64,000 bases of DNA from Myxococcota bacterium (GCA_965140415.1 OZ223209.1:5536001-5600000), one strand, 5' to 3'. Shown: positions 30,331 to 41,312, counted from the first letter of the stretch. A program made the numbers and translations. The notes: generated by a model not told the origin, from the sequence alone.

Positions 30331-31410
30331 CTATTTAGCACAGGCGGGATCGTCGTCGCAATCCCAATCGTCGCAGTCGGTAAAGCCATCGTTGTTGTCA
30401 TCGACACCGTTGGTACAACTGCTTTCCATACACGCCGGTTCTTCATCGCAATCGTAATCGTCGCAGTCGGTGTAGCCATCGTTGTCGTCATCGATACTAT
30501 TGGTGCAGTTACTCTCGATACAAGCCGGATCTTCGTCACAGTCGAAATCGGCACAATCGGTGAAACCGTCGTTATCATCATCGATGTTATTGGTGCAGCT
30601 ATCCTCGCCACAAGCGGGATCGTCGGTGCAATCGAAATCGTTGCAGTCGGTAAAGCCGTCATTGTCATCATCGATATTGTTGGTACAGTTGCTTTCCATG
30701 CAAGCCGGGTCGTCATCGCAATTGAAATCGTCACAATCGGTAAAACCATCCAAATCGTCATCGATGGTATTGTCACAGATCTCAACTACCGTGTCACCGT
30801 CGGGAGCGCTGTCGCCGTCGGGAGCCACGTCGCCGTCGGGAGTCGTGTCGCCATCGGGAGTCACGTCGCCGTCGGGAGCGGTGTCGCCATCGGGAGCGGT
30901 GTCGCCGTCGGGAGCGGTGTCGCCATCGGGAGCGGTGTCGCCGTCGGGAGCGGTGTCGCCGTCGGGAGCGGTGTCGCCGTCGGGAGCGGTGTCGCCGTCG
31001 GGAGTGATGTCGCCGTCGGGAGCAGTGTCGCCGTCGGGAGCGGTGTCGCCGTCGGGAGCCACGTCGCCATCGGGAGCGGTGTCGCCATCGGGAGCGGTGT
31101 CGCCGTCAGGAGCGGTGTCACCATCGGGAGCCGTGTCGCCATCAGCCGTATCACCGTCGGGAGCTGTATCACCGTCGGTCGTATCACCGTCAGGAGCCGT
31201 GTCGCCATCGGTCGTGTCACCATCGGGATTGGTGTCGCCATCGGGCTGGACATAGGGAATGTCACCGTCAGTGGTGGTATCACCATCGGTTTCCACTTCC
31301 GTATCACCATCGGTGTTATCAATGTTGTCCGTGTCTTCATCATCACCACAGGATGAAATGAACAGCGCCATTAACATCACCAATAACCAGCACGTCGTTT
31401 TCTTCAACAT
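30331..31410 (-). CDS. Acidic lipoprotein: PDGDTA repeat stalk plus five Cys/Asp-rich repeats
   Basis: ISSC lipobox; tandem PDGDTA; five CxNxIDDDxDGFTDCxDxDCxxxPAC units. Confidence 0.88.
   Translation of the reverse strand: MLKKTTCWLLVMLMALFISSCGDDEDTDNIDNTDGDTEVETDGDTTTDGDIPYVQPDGDTNPDGDTTDGDTAPDGDTTDGDTAPDGDTADGDTAPDGDTAPDGDTAPDGDTAPDGDVAPDGDTAPDGDTAPDGDITPDGDTAPDGDTAPDGDTAPDGDTAPDGDTAPDGDTAPDGDTAPDGDVTPDGDTTPDGDVAPDGDSAPDGDTVVEICDNTIDDDLDGFTDCDDFNCDDDPACMESNCTNNIDDDNDGFTDCNDFDCTDDPACGEDSCTNNIDDDNDGFTDCADFDCDEDPACIESNCTNSIDDDNDGYTDCDDYDCDEEPACMESSCTNGVDDNNDGFTDCDDWDCDDDPACAK
30790..31225 (-). repeat. 18-bp coding tandem repeat (PDGDTA)
   Basis: Repeated gtcgccgtcgggagcggt, with some 15-bp variants. 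Confidence 0.95.
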
Positions 31411-31634
31411 TCGTCTTCCTCCTTATAATATTGCCTTAGTGCAAATTTGGGGGGCTATCCTAAACAACACGATACCGCTTTTCAAGCATTAGTTTTCAGT
31501 TTTCTTCTTTTTTTGCTTATTTCCGCATAATGACGACATCTCGTTGATATTCCAAGTTTCCTCGATCATCACTTTCAAAATACCAGCGCTTTCCGTATAA
31601 TCGCAGCAGATCTGGCTAATAGCCCTGGGAAAGG

Positions 31635-33914
31635 ATGGGGATCATGAACAAACGAATCGCCTGCTGGATATGTGCGTTGTGGCTGCTACCTTTACTTGCC
31701 TACGCTCAGGAAACGACGTTGTCCTACGACGACGGCACCTGTGACGGCCACCTGCCGGATCTGTTGGTGGATTCACTGGAAGGGGCCATGTTCCTGGCTG
31801 AACATCCCGCCACGTTACAAGGCGTTCGCCTGATGTTCTTCGCAACCGGTCCGGTACAAATTCACGTTTGGGCCGATGGCGGCGGCAACGATCCGGATCG
31901 CGCCCAAGATCTGATTACGCCGATTGAAGTCAGCGTGGCCGAAGGCGAACAGAGCCAATGGCTCAGCTTCGATCTAACGGCATTGAATGTGGAACTGCCA
32001 CCTTTGAAATACGTGCATGTGGGCGTGGTTCGTCAAACGGGCGGTCCCGGTTTGTGCGTGGACACCAGCACGGCAGGAGAGCAGAAATCGTTTATTTATC
32101 CCGCCGACGAGCCGACCGTAAAATACAGCCTGTCCGACGGCAACTACATGGTGCAGGCCGATGTTCTATATCACGACATCGTACAGGATGTGACTTTCGA
32201 GCAGTTACTGGCCGACGACGGCTTCCCCGGCGCGCATCGCATGGCCTGGGGAGACTACAATAACGACGGCTACGACGACCTGCTCTTGTCCGCGTCGAAA
32301 CTGTTGCGCAATAATGGCGACGGCAGCTTCACGGATGTCAGCGAACAAGCCGGAGTCTCCAACGTTTCCGGCTATGGCATGTGGGCCGACTACGATAACG
32401 ACGGTCACCTGGACTACTATGCCTTCAGTAACGGCAAAACCGAGGCGGATCGTGACCGATTGGTGCACAACAACGGCGACGGCACCTTTTCTCCCGTAAA
32501 CGACACGGAAAACGTTCCCTACGATTTCGATCCGACCGAAGCCGTCGGCTGGGCGGACTACGACATGGACGGGCTGGTGGATCTGTACGTGGCCAATTAC
32601 GAAAAAACGGATGAAATGAGCACCGGCACACCCGATCACTTGTGGCGCAATCTGGGCGGCGGTCAGTTTCAGGATGTCACGAGACAAGCCGGAGTTTTTA
32701 TGGGTTCCAAATGCGGGCGCGGCGTGGCCTGGGCTGATTTCGATAACGACGGCGACCCGGATCTGTACGTGGCCAACTACCGCTTGAACGACAACTTCTT
32801 TTTCGTCAATCACGGCGACGGCAGCTTTACCGAAATGGGTTTGGAGTACGGCATCGAAGGCGTGTACCAGCAGGGCGCATTCGGTCACAGCATCGGCGCG
32901 GTCTGGGGAGACATCGATAACGACGGTAACCTGGATCTGGTCGTGGGCAACCTAGCGCATCCGCGCTTTATCGATTTCAGCGACAAAACCATGGTCTATC
33001 GCAATTCCGGTCCGCCGGACTATACCTTTACGGATGTCCGCGAAACGGCGGGCATCACCTACTCGGAAACGCATTCCGACCCGTTATTGTTCGACTACGA
33101 TAACGACGGCTGGCTGGATTTGATGATTACGGATATCTACACGGAGTATTTGTCTTTCCTGTATCACAATAACGGCGACTTCACCTTTACCGACGTAAGC
33201 TATGAAACGGGCTTGCATGTACTAAACGGTTGGGGCACCACGGCAGCGGATTATGACCGCGACGGCGATCTGGACGTGGCGACGCGAGCGTTTTTTAAAA
33301 ACAAGCTGAATAACGGTAATCACTGGTTACAGGTACAGGCCACAGGAAGCGGCCTTAGCAATACGGCCTGTATCGGCTGCCGCATCGTTGTCAGCACCGG
33401 CGATCTGGCCCAGATGCGTGAAGTCGAAGGCGGCAAGGGCACGGGTGTGATGAATTCGCTGGTACAGCATTTCGGCCTGGGTGCGGCTCAAACCGTCGAT
33501 CAAGTGACGGTGCACTGGACGGACAAAACCGAAACGACCTTGGAAAACGTTGCTGCCGATCAGCGCCTGCTTGTGGTACAACCAACAGCCGATGGTGACA
33601 TCGATGGCGATGCGGATGGCGATCTGGAGGACGAACAGGAAGCGGAAAACACCATCGATGGCGACAGCATCGCGGACGGCGACCTCGCTTCGGATGGAGA
33701 TGACTCTTCCGACGGCGACACCATGACCGACGGAGATGAATCCGCCGATGGCGATATGACAGCCGATGAAGATGCTTTAGCTGATGGCGATACTCCCGAC
33801 GATGAATCCGACGGCTGCCAGGCGCAGCCGGTTTCGTCTTCGATGTGGCTGATTCTGACGTTATTTTTATTATGGATGAACGGAAAACGGAAACGACATG
33901 ATTACGGTATCTGA
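31635..33914 (+). CDS. Secreted FG-GAP/VCBS repeat protein with ASPIC/UnbV domain (CRTAC1 family) and C-terminal sorting-like tail
   Basis: Repeated WxDYDNDGxxDL; QHFGLG...VHW ASPIC motif; DGD linker; GC-hydrophobic-KRKR tail. Confidence 0.88.
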   Translation: MGIMNKRIACWICALWLLPLLAYAQETTLSYDDGTCDGHLPDLLVDSLEGAMFLAEHPATLQGVRLMFFATGPVQIHVWADGGGNDPDRAQDLITPIEVSVAEGEQSQWLSFDLTALNVELPPLKYVHVGVVRQTGGPGLCVDTSTAGEQKSFIYPADEPTVKYSLSDGNYMVQADVLYHDIVQDVTFEQLLADDGFPGAHRMAWGDYNNDGYDDLLLSASKLLRNNGDGSFTDVSEQAGVSNVSGYGMWADYDNDGHLDYYAFSNGKTEADRDRLVHNNGDGTFSPVNDTENVPYDFDPTEAVGWADYDMDGLVDLYVANYEKTDEMSTGTPDHLWRNLGGGQFQDVTRQAGVFMGSKCGRGVAWADFDNDGDPDLYVANYRLNDNFFFVNHGDGSFTEMGLEYGIEGVYQQGAFGHSIGAVWGDIDNDGNLDLVVGNLAHPRFIDFSDKTMVYRNSGPPDYTFTDVRETAGITYSETHSDPLLFDYDNDGWLDLMITDIYTEYLSFLYHNNGDFTFTDVSYETGLHVLNGWGTTAADYDRDGDLDVATRAFFKNKLNNGNHWLQVQATGSGLSNTACIGCRIVVSTGDLAQMREVEGGKGTGVMNSLVQHFGLGAAQTVDQVTVHWTDKTETTLENVAADQRLLVVQPTADGDIDGDADGDLEDEQEAENTIDGDSIADGDLASDGDDSSDGDTMTDGDESADGDMTADEDALADGDTPDDESDGCQAQPVSSSMWLILTLFLLWMNGKRKRHDYGI

Positions 33915-36354
33915 AAAATCTCTGTACGATCTCGAATGGGATCGCATCGTTGACTTTCTGGCGGGTTATGCGGCCACCTTGCGCGGACGCGGGGCCTGCC
34001 TTTCGCTTGAAACCTACGACATCCAGGCCGAAGCCGAGTTCGAAATCGAGCGCGTGCGCGAATATCAGGGCCTGTTGGAACAGGAAGACGCGCCTTCACT
34101 GGCGGGTGTCAGTTCGGAAGTGGCCGAACTGGTGGTGCAAACGCAGAAACAGGGCGTGCTTTCCGTGCCGGAGTTGGTGCAGGTCATGCGCACCATCGAG
34201 GCAAGCAATCGCATTTCGCAGCATTTGGCGCATCGCGCGCAGACTGCCCCCCAACTGGCCGAACTGGGAGCCGGGTTAACGGAATTGACCGCCTCGCTCG
34301 ACGCCATTCGCTATGCCGTCGATCCCGGTACGGGAGAACTGCTCGACCGGGCTTCGTCGGAGTTGGGCGGCCTGCGCAAGCGCATGCGTGATCTCAATGG
34401 AAAAGTCAAACGCAAACTCGATTCGATGCTGGACAGCGAACAGTACAAGCCGCTGCTTCGCGATACCTATTACACCGTGCGCGACGATCGCTACGTGCTT
34501 CCAGTGAAGGCGCAGCACAAATCGACAGTCAAAGGCATCGTGCACGGCTCTTCCGGTTCCGGGCAGACCTTGTTCATCGAACCGCGTGAAATGGTGGCGG
34601 TAAACAACGATCTGATGCTGGCCCAGATGGAAGTGGAGCGCGAGGAGCGGCGCATCCTGCGGGATCTGTCTCGCGCCGTAGCAGATGAGGGCCGGATCGT
34701 TCTGGCGAACATGGACACGCTGACGCGACTGGACGTGGTGCAGGCCAAGGCGGCCATGGCGGAAGTGCTCGACTGCCTGCCGCCGAAACTGACCACAGAC
34801 ACCCTGCTTAAACTACCGGATGCGCGTCATCCGCTGTTATTGATGAAAGGTACGCAGGTCGTTTCCAACGATCTGTACGTCGGCGAGGATTTCCGCGCCC
34901 TGATCCTTACCGGAGCCAACACCGGCGGTAAAACGGTGGCGCTTAAAACCATGGGACTGCTGACCATGATGGCCTGGTGCGGCATGCTGATCCCCGCCGG
35001 GCCGGATGCCGTTGTGGGACGTTTCGAGCATATTCACGCCGTGATGGGAGACGAGCAGTCGCTCTCCGACGATCTCTCCACCTTCTCGGCCAATATCCTG
35101 AAATTGAACTCGGTCGTGCAGTCCTGCAATAAGCGCTCGCTGGTATTGCTGGATGAAATCGTGGTCGGCACCGATCCGCGTCAGGGAGCGGCGCTGGCAC
35201 AGGCCATCGTCGAAGGCATCGCAGATAGCGGTTCCTGCCTGGTGGTAACGACCCACTACGAACGACTCAAGCGCCTGGCCTATGCAAGAAGCGATTGCGC
35301 CAATGCCGCTGTGGGTCTATCCGACGAGACCCTCAAACCGACCTACCGCATCACCATCGGCGTTCCGGGCGTTTCCGCCGCTTTCAACATCGCCTCCGAG
35401 TTAGGCGTGCAGGCCGCCATCATCAGTCGCGCCCAGGATTTGATGAAGGGGGAAAACGACGAACTGGACGAGATGGTCGGACGCCTGCAAGAGGAGTTGG
35501 AACGGCAGCGCGAGGAAGTACGGCGGCTTTCGGAAATGAAGCGCGAAGTGGAAATTGCACGCGAAACCTATAAACGCAAGCTGCGGTTACTGGAAACGCG
35601 CGAACGAGAGGAAGCCCTGGCGCGGCACAAGGATGTGCTTGAAGAGATCGGCCAGGCGCGTGAAACGGTGCGCGAAATGATCCGCACTTTGCAACGTGGC
35701 GCGGACATGGCGCAAGCCGGAGAAGCGGCGAAAAAATTGCAGGAGATGGAAAAGCAGGCCCAGCAGAATATCGAGCAGGAACGCGCCGCCATCGAACGCG
35801 ACCGCCCCAAGGAAGAAAAAGCAAAGCAGAAAAAGGCACGCAAATCCTTGAAATCGGAGCACCTTATTGCAGATACCCCGGTGTTTATCGAGAATCTGGC
35901 GCAAAAAGGCGTGGTGGTCGAACCACCCGACAAGCGCGGGCTGGTGCTGGTGGAAGTGGGACGGCTGAAAATGCGCATCCCTGCTGAACGGCTGCAATCG
36001 CTATTGCCCGGAGAAGTGGCCGTCACCGACCGCTCGAAAAACAAGTTGCGCGATGCATTGGCAGCGGCGCGGCAGGAATCCGCTTCCGGTCCCGGTGGTC
36101 GCGAAGAGCGCTTGACTTTGGACTTGCGCGGTGAGCGCGTGGAAGAGGCGCTGGATCGAACGGAATCCTTCCTGGATCTGGCATATCGTTCCAATTCGCC
36201 CTTTGTCTACATCATTCACGGCCATGGCACCGGCAGACTCAAAGCGGCATTGCGCAACTATTTCAGGGACAGTCACTACGTCAAGAGCTACCGCCCCGGC
36301 GAACGTGGCGAAGGCCAGGACGGCGTCACGGTGGTTATGTTGCGGGATAAGTAG
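33898..36354 (+). CDS. mutS2: MutS2 family protein with Smr domain
   Basis: GIVHGSSGSGQTLFIEP, TGANTGGKT, QSLSDDLSTFS, LLDE, TTHY, IIHGHGTG. Confidence 0.95.
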   Translation: MITVSEKSLYDLEWDRIVDFLAGYAATLRGRGACLSLETYDIQAEAEFEIERVREYQGLLEQEDAPSLAGVSSEVAELVVQTQKQGVLSVPELVQVMRTIEASNRISQHLAHRAQTAPQLAELGAGLTELTASLDAIRYAVDPGTGELLDRASSELGGLRKRMRDLNGKVKRKLDSMLDSEQYKPLLRDTYYTVRDDRYVLPVKAQHKSTVKGIVHGSSGSGQTLFIEPREMVAVNNDLMLAQMEVEREERRILRDLSRAVADEGRIVLANMDTLTRLDVVQAKAAMAEVLDCLPPKLTTDTLLKLPDARHPLLLMKGTQVVSNDLYVGEDFRALILTGANTGGKTVALKTMGLLTMMAWCGMLIPAGPDAVVGRFEHIHAVMGDEQSLSDDLSTFSANILKLNSVVQSCNKRSLVLLDEIVVGTDPRQGAALAQAIVEGIADSGSCLVVTTHYERLKRLAYARSDCANAAVGLSDETLKPTYRITIGVPGVSAAFNIASELGVQAAIISRAQDLMKGENDELDEMVGRLQEELERQREEVRRLSEMKREVEIARETYKRKLRLLETREREEALARHKDVLEEIGQARETVREMIRTLQRGADMAQAGEAAKKLQEMEKQAQQNIEQERAAIERDRPKEEKAKQKKARKSLKSEHLIADTPVFIENLAQKGVVVEPPDKRGLVLVEVGRLKMRIPAERLQSLLPGEVAVTDRSKNKLRDALAAARQESASGPGGREERLTLDLRGERVEEALDRTESFLDLAYRSNSPFVYIIHGHGTGRLKAALRNYFRDSHYVKSYRPGERGEGQDGVTVVMLRDK

Positions 36355-36389
36355 GAGCACATAAAACAACTTCCTTGCAGGGAGATCAG

Positions 36390-37028
36390 ATGACGAGGCG
36401 GGAAGCGCGGGAAAAGATGGTGGCGCGTCAGATCGCCGGGCGGGATGTCCGCGACGAGCGCGTATTGGACGCCCTACGACGCATCAAGCGACATCTCTAT
36501 GTTCCACAGGCTCACCAGGAAAGCGCCTACGAAGACCGCCCCTTGCCGATCGGTTACGACCAAACGATTTCCCAGCCGTACATCGTGGCCAAAATGACGG
36601 AACTGTTGCAGTTACAGGGAACGGAACGTGTGCTGGAAATCGGTACCGGCTCGGGGTATCAGTCTGCGGTGCTGGCGGAATTGGCCAACGAGGTGTACAG
36701 CATCGAAATCGTGGAGCCCTTGTATTTACAGGCTCAGAACGTATTGGAAGCACAGGGCTATCCAAACATCCACCTGCGCTGCGGCGACGGTCACCAGGGC
36801 TGGCCGGATGCCGCTCCTTTCGAAGGTATTCTCGTTAGCGCCGCCCCCAAAGCAATTCCCCCGGCGTTATTGGATCAACTCGTTACAGGCGGACGGCTGG
36901 TGATTCCGGTGGGCGACTGGTCGCAGCAACTGCGGGTGATCGTCAAAGCCATCGACGGTCAACACAAACAGCGAACGGTTTTCCCGGTGCGCTTCGTTCC
37001 CATGACGGGAGAGGCGGAAGAAAGCTAG
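36390..37028 (+). CDS. pcm: Protein-L-isoaspartate O-methyltransferase
   Basis: AYEDRPLPIG, QTISQPY, LEIGTGSGY, VRFVPM. Confidence 0.95.
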   Translation: MTRREAREKMVARQIAGRDVRDERVLDALRRIKRHLYVPQAHQESAYEDRPLPIGYDQTISQPYIVAKMTELLQLQGTERVLEIGTGSGYQSAVLAELANEVYSIEIVEPLYLQAQNVLEAQGYPNIHLRCGDGHQGWPDAAPFEGILVSAAPKAIPPALLDQLVTGGRLVIPVGDWSQQLRVIVKAIDGQHKQRTVFPVRFVPMTGEAEES

Positions 37029-37273
37029 CCCTATTGTGCAGCACGAAATAACATCCAACAGCATTGGACACCACGACACTCTTGAATGCCCTATCGATTC
37101 TAGAGCGGTCCTAGCGATATGCACAATGTCCTCTCCCCATCTTTACAAAAGTTTTACAAGTTTTCCCTTTTTCAACAAACTTCCTTTACATCACTCATGT
37201 AGCCTTGACTCAAGATCAACTTGTTATTCGGGCTTCCCAGCTACGGAACGCCCTTCAACCAAGGAGGAAGGTT

Positions 37274-38821
37274 ATGAAACGAAACATGCTACAATGGTTG
37301 ATGCTGCTGCTTGTGACGGCGCTTGTTGCCTGCTCCGCCAACTCGGTGAACATTTCTTTGGATGGTGACAGCGAGTCCGAGCTGTCTTTAACCGATGGCG
37401 ATGACCTTGTCGCAGACGGTGACAGTTCCGATGGCGATGTTTCCAGCTTGAGTTACGCCATCGTCAGCACGAACCAGAGCAGCTGCTACGATGACTGGAA
37501 CAACATCAGTTGCCCCTCGGCGGGAGAAGCGTTTTTCGGTCAGGACGCCCAGTACGACGGAGCCGGGCCGCTCTACCGCGATAACGGCGACGGTACCGTC
37601 ACGGATCTCGTCACCGGCTTGATGTGGCAACAGGATCCGGGCGAGAAGCAGTACTACGATGAAGCCATCGACGCCGTGACCAGCTTCAAGCTTGCAGGCT
37701 ACACCGACTGGCGCGTACCGACGATCAAGGAATTGTACTCGTTGATTCTCTTCTCCGGGAAGGATGTCGATCCGATGGCAGAGGAAACCGGCAACATGAC
37801 TCCGTTTATCGACGATGACACCTTCGCCTTCTCTTATGGCGACACCAGCACCGGCGATCGCGTGATCGATTCGCAGTGGGTGACCAGCAGCATCTACACC
37901 GATACGGTGATGGGTAACGAAGAATGCTTCTTCGGTGTCAACTTCGCCGATGGTCGTATCAAATGCTACCCGACCAGCAATAAGACCTACTTCGCCATTT
38001 ACGTAAGAGGCGGCAATAACTATGGAAAGAACGATTTCGAAGATAACGGCGACAACACGATCACGGATCACGCTACCGGCTTGATGTGGGCACAACAGGA
38101 CAGCGGTGACACGCTGAACTGGGGCGAGGCGCTCGATTTCTGCGAATCGCTGCAACTGGCCGGCTTCGACGACTGGACGCTACCCGATGTCAAGCAATTG
38201 CAAAGCCTGGTCGATTACAGTCGCAGCCCCGGAAAAACGAACTCCGCCGCCATCGATCCGATCTTTCAAACTACCGAAATCACGAATGAAATGGATGATT
38301 CCGACTACGGTTTTTACTGGAGTCGCACCACTCATGTCAACCAGCAGGGCGGCTCGGATGCAGCCTACGTCTCTTTCGGACGGGCGCTTGGATATATGAA
38401 CGACCACTACATGGATGTACATGGCGCAGGTGCTCAACGCAGCGACCCCAAGTCAGGCAATCCCGAGGATCTTCCGCTTGGCTTCGGACCGCAGGGTGAC
38501 GTTCGCAGAATCTACAACTTTGCGCGTTGCGTACGAAATTCCGGTAGTTTCAATGCCAATCCGGCAGGAAACGATCCCGTGATCGACGGCGACCAGTCGG
38601 TAGTCGATGGAGATGCGCCCGTTGGGCCGACCTCCTGCACCCAGGATTCCGACTGCCTTTCGGCAAGCGCCTGCCCGCCGGATGCCGCGCTGGGTTGTTC
38701 CTGTAGTTCCACGCCGCAGGGCTTATTCTGTGTGCCGGATTGCAACCAGGACAGCGACTGCCCCGAACCGCCGGACGAAACCCTGATCTGCTCGCAGGAT
38801 GGCATGTGCGTGCCGGAATGA
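37274..38821 (+). CDS. Lipoprotein with two DUF1566/Lcl-like domains and Cys-rich C-terminus
   Basis: LVAC lipobox; two DNGDxTxTDxxTGLMW and LAGxxDWxxP motifs; AGGAGG RBS. Confidence 0.85.
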   Translation: MKRNMLQWLMLLLVTALVACSANSVNISLDGDSESELSLTDGDDLVADGDSSDGDVSSLSYAIVSTNQSSCYDDWNNISCPSAGEAFFGQDAQYDGAGPLYRDNGDGTVTDLVTGLMWQQDPGEKQYYDEAIDAVTSFKLAGYTDWRVPTIKELYSLILFSGKDVDPMAEETGNMTPFIDDDTFAFSYGDTSTGDRVIDSQWVTSSIYTDTVMGNEECFFGVNFADGRIKCYPTSNKTYFAIYVRGGNNYGKNDFEDNGDNTITDHATGLMWAQQDSGDTLNWGEALDFCESLQLAGFDDWTLPDVKQLQSLVDYSRSPGKTNSAAIDPIFQTTEITNEMDDSDYGFYWSRTTHVNQQGGSDAAYVSFGRALGYMNDHYMDVHGAGAQRSDPKSGNPEDLPLGFGPQGDVRRIYNFARCVRNSGSFNANPAGNDPVIDGDQSVVDGDAPVGPTSCTQDSDCLSASACPPDAALGCSCSSTPQGLFCVPDCNQDSDCPEPPDETLICSQDGMCVPE

Positions 38822-38865
38822 TAAGCATGACGCTAGCGTTTTAACCAATTTCATCCGGTCATACT

Positions 38866-38912
38866 CCGGCACGGTCTTCGATTTCAACTATCGTTGACTG
38901 TGCCGGTTTTTT
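38866..38912 (+). terminator. Rho-independent terminator
   Basis: ccggcacggtc / gactgtgccgg stem followed by a T tract. Confidence 0.7.
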
Positions 38913-39176
38913 CTGTTTGCATGGGTTTATGTTCGACACTGGCGGTTAAATAACCCCGTTGTTTCATGGCGCTACAAAAATAAAAAACTTAATTGATAAG
39001 ATTTAATCACAGGGATACTGATCCTGATTTTCAGCCACCTCCTTTTTCTGTTCCTTTCCTTCCCAACCGATCTATGCTAAAATTCTGCAATTCTTAGGGT
39101 AAACCCGACTCCCCGGTTCGATCTGTAGCCTCTGCGTCGAACCGATACGGAACAACCCATTGTGAAAGGGTGCATC

Positions 39177-41312
39177 ATGTGGCGACAAGCCTTGGTATCG
39201 ATTCTTCTTGCTTTTCTGGTTGCAGCTCCGATTGCCTGCTCCAGCTCCGATGATAACAACACCACCGATGGCGATCTGTCTGTGGCGGATCGCTTTATCC
39301 TGGCGCTGAGTTTGCGAAATATGGATGTCGAAGAGGGCGAAGCGCCCGACAGCAGCGACGATGAAAACGCACCGGAATTGAAAGAGGTGCAGTCGCCGTC
39401 GTCCTGGCATCTGACCGAACCCTTTGTGCTGCTGCTCAGGGCAGACGCAAACAGCGCGGAACGGATCGAAGGCGTGATCGTTTCGACGGAAGGAGCCGGA
39501 CGTTATCTGCACATCGAAGCCGATGCGGCAGCGGAAGTGAACGAATACCTGGTCATGATTTCAGGCGCATTGGGCGATTACCCGGAATTGGCCGGGGAGA
39601 GCTTTACTTTGGATCTGGCATTGATCGACAGCGAGGGCCTCATCGGCAACCGCATCAGCATCACCGTCAGCATTTCGGAGGACGATCCTGCCTGCGAAGC
39701 CGGTGCCTGCTGCAACGCCGGAGAATGGGTGACCGAAAACAGTCGTTGCATCTCCGGCGATCTGCAAGCCTGCGCGCGTGCACTTTGTGATGAAAATCAT
39801 GACTGCGTAAACGTGGAAGCCGATGACGGTACCGATTGCGCGCTGGATGGTCAAGCTATCGGCAGCGGGCAGTGTGTCAAAGGCGTATGCCGGTCGGGGG
39901 ATGTCGATGGCGATCTGGATGTGGAGGTCGATGGCGACCTGGATGATGAAATCGAACCGGATAGTCCGGACGGCGATCTGGATGCGGACCTTGAACCGGA
40001 ACTAGAGCCTGAACTGGAACCGGAACTGGAACCCGAATTGGAACCGGAGCTGGAACCGGAGTTGGAGCAGGAACTGGAACCCGAACTAGAACCAGATTTG
40101 GAACCGGAGCTTGAACCCGAGCTTGAACCGGAATTGGAGCCCGAACCGGACGCCGAGCTGGAACTGGGACCCTTCCCGCAGTTAGGGGAGATCGTCATTA
40201 CCGAAATGATGATCCAACCTGAACAGGGAGACGCGACTGGCGGTCAGTGGATCGAATTGCGCAGCATCAACAGTTCTCCCATGCGTCTGGCCGGTTGCGA
40301 GCTGTATCACGACAGCCAACTGTATACGCTGCCCTATGGCGCACAGATCCAGGAATCCCAAACGATCGTGCTTGGCGGCTCGGAGAGTTCCTCGCAAAAC
40401 GGCGGCGCGCCGGTCGATTTCGCCTGGTCGGATTTCCTGCTTTCCGCTACGGGCGCAACAGTCCGCCTGGTTTGCGACGGTGTCGAAATCGATCGCGTAA
40501 TCTATGATTCTCAGTGGCCTTTTTCCTTGGGCGTGGCAATGCAGTTGCACGGCGGTGCTTACCTGGCAGATCAAAATGATTCCGTAGATAACTGGTGCGG
40601 CGCCGAAACACCTTTCGGTTTGGGAGATCTGGGATCACCGGGTCTCGATAACGTCGAATGCTTCGTGATCGACGGCGACATGATTCCCGATGGCGACTCG
40701 ATGGTAGACGGTGATTCCATGGTGGATGGCGACACGATAGTAGACGGCGACACGGGCCCCGCGCAACCGCAGCCCGAAGAATTGGTCATCGTTGAAATGA
40801 TGGTCGATCCGCAAAGCGTCTCGGATCTCATTGGAGAATGGGTGGAAGTGCTCAACGTCACGGATCAAACCTTCGACCTTCAGGGCTGTACCATCAGCCA
40901 CAACAACAACACCACAACCATCGATCAAAGCCTGCCGCTGGCAGCCGGACGCTGGATCGTATTTGGCAACAACAGCGACATCGCCACCAACGGCGGCGTG
41001 GAAGTGGACTTCGACTGGGGAAGCTGGACGCTCTCCAATTCCACATCGGACTACTTCCGAATCAGTTGCGATGGCGGCATGGTCGATACGGTGACGTACA
41101 ACGACAGTTGGATCCTACAGCCAGGGCATTCATGGACGCTGGACCCGGCCTATCAGGATGCCTATCGCAACGACAGCCTACTGGTCTGGTGTTCTTCGCA
41201 ACAGCTTTACCACCAGTCGGCGCTCGGTGACAGCTACGGCACACCGGGCGAAGTGAATGAACTGTGCTTCGAACCCGCCGGCGACACCGATCCTGAAGCC
41301 GCTTTGCGCTGA
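39177..41312 (+). CDS. Lipoprotein with EPEL repeats and two lamin-tail-like domains
   Basis: PIAC lipobox; IVITEMM..QWIEL and LVIVEMM..EWVEV; GSPG/GTPG domain ends. Confidence 0.82.
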   Translation: MWRQALVSILLAFLVAAPIACSSSDDNNTTDGDLSVADRFILALSLRNMDVEEGEAPDSSDDENAPELKEVQSPSSWHLTEPFVLLLRADANSAERIEGVIVSTEGAGRYLHIEADAAAEVNEYLVMISGALGDYPELAGESFTLDLALIDSEGLIGNRISITVSISEDDPACEAGACCNAGEWVTENSRCISGDLQACARALCDENHDCVNVEADDGTDCALDGQAIGSGQCVKGVCRSGDVDGDLDVEVDGDLDDEIEPDSPDGDLDADLEPELEPELEPELEPELEPELEPELEQELEPELEPDLEPELEPELEPELEPEPDAELELGPFPQLGEIVITEMMIQPEQGDATGGQWIELRSINSSPMRLAGCELYHDSQLYTLPYGAQIQESQTIVLGGSESSSQNGGAPVDFAWSDFLLSATGATVRLVCDGVEIDRVIYDSQWPFSLGVAMQLHGGAYLADQNDSVDNWCGAETPFGLGDLGSPGLDNVECFVIDGDMIPDGDSMVDGDSMVDGDTIVDGDTGPAQPQPEELVIVEMMVDPQSVSDLIGEWVEVLNVTDQTFDLQGCTISHNNNTTTIDQSLPLAAGRWIVFGNNSDIATNGGVEVDFDWGSWTLSNSTSDYFRISCDGGMVDTVTYNDSWILQPGHSWTLDPAYQDAYRNDSLLVWCSSQQLYHQSALGDSYGTPGEVNELCFEPAGDTDPEAALR
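39990..40165 (+). repeat. 12-bp coding tandem repeat (LEPE)
   Basis: Degenerate ctggaaccggaa units. Confidence 0.9.

Noticed and set aside
30790-31225. Possible CRISPR array
   Set aside because: Contiguous in-frame coding repeats with no unique spacers and no cas genes.
30316-31356. + strand ORFs with VAVGSG or VSPSGA repeats
   Set aside because: Shadow frames of the PDGDTA repeat; the - strand ORF has the RBS, lipobox and terminator.
37274-38821. DGR acting on the DUF1566 protein
   Set aside because: No reverse transcriptase and no adenine-variant template repeat seen in the window.
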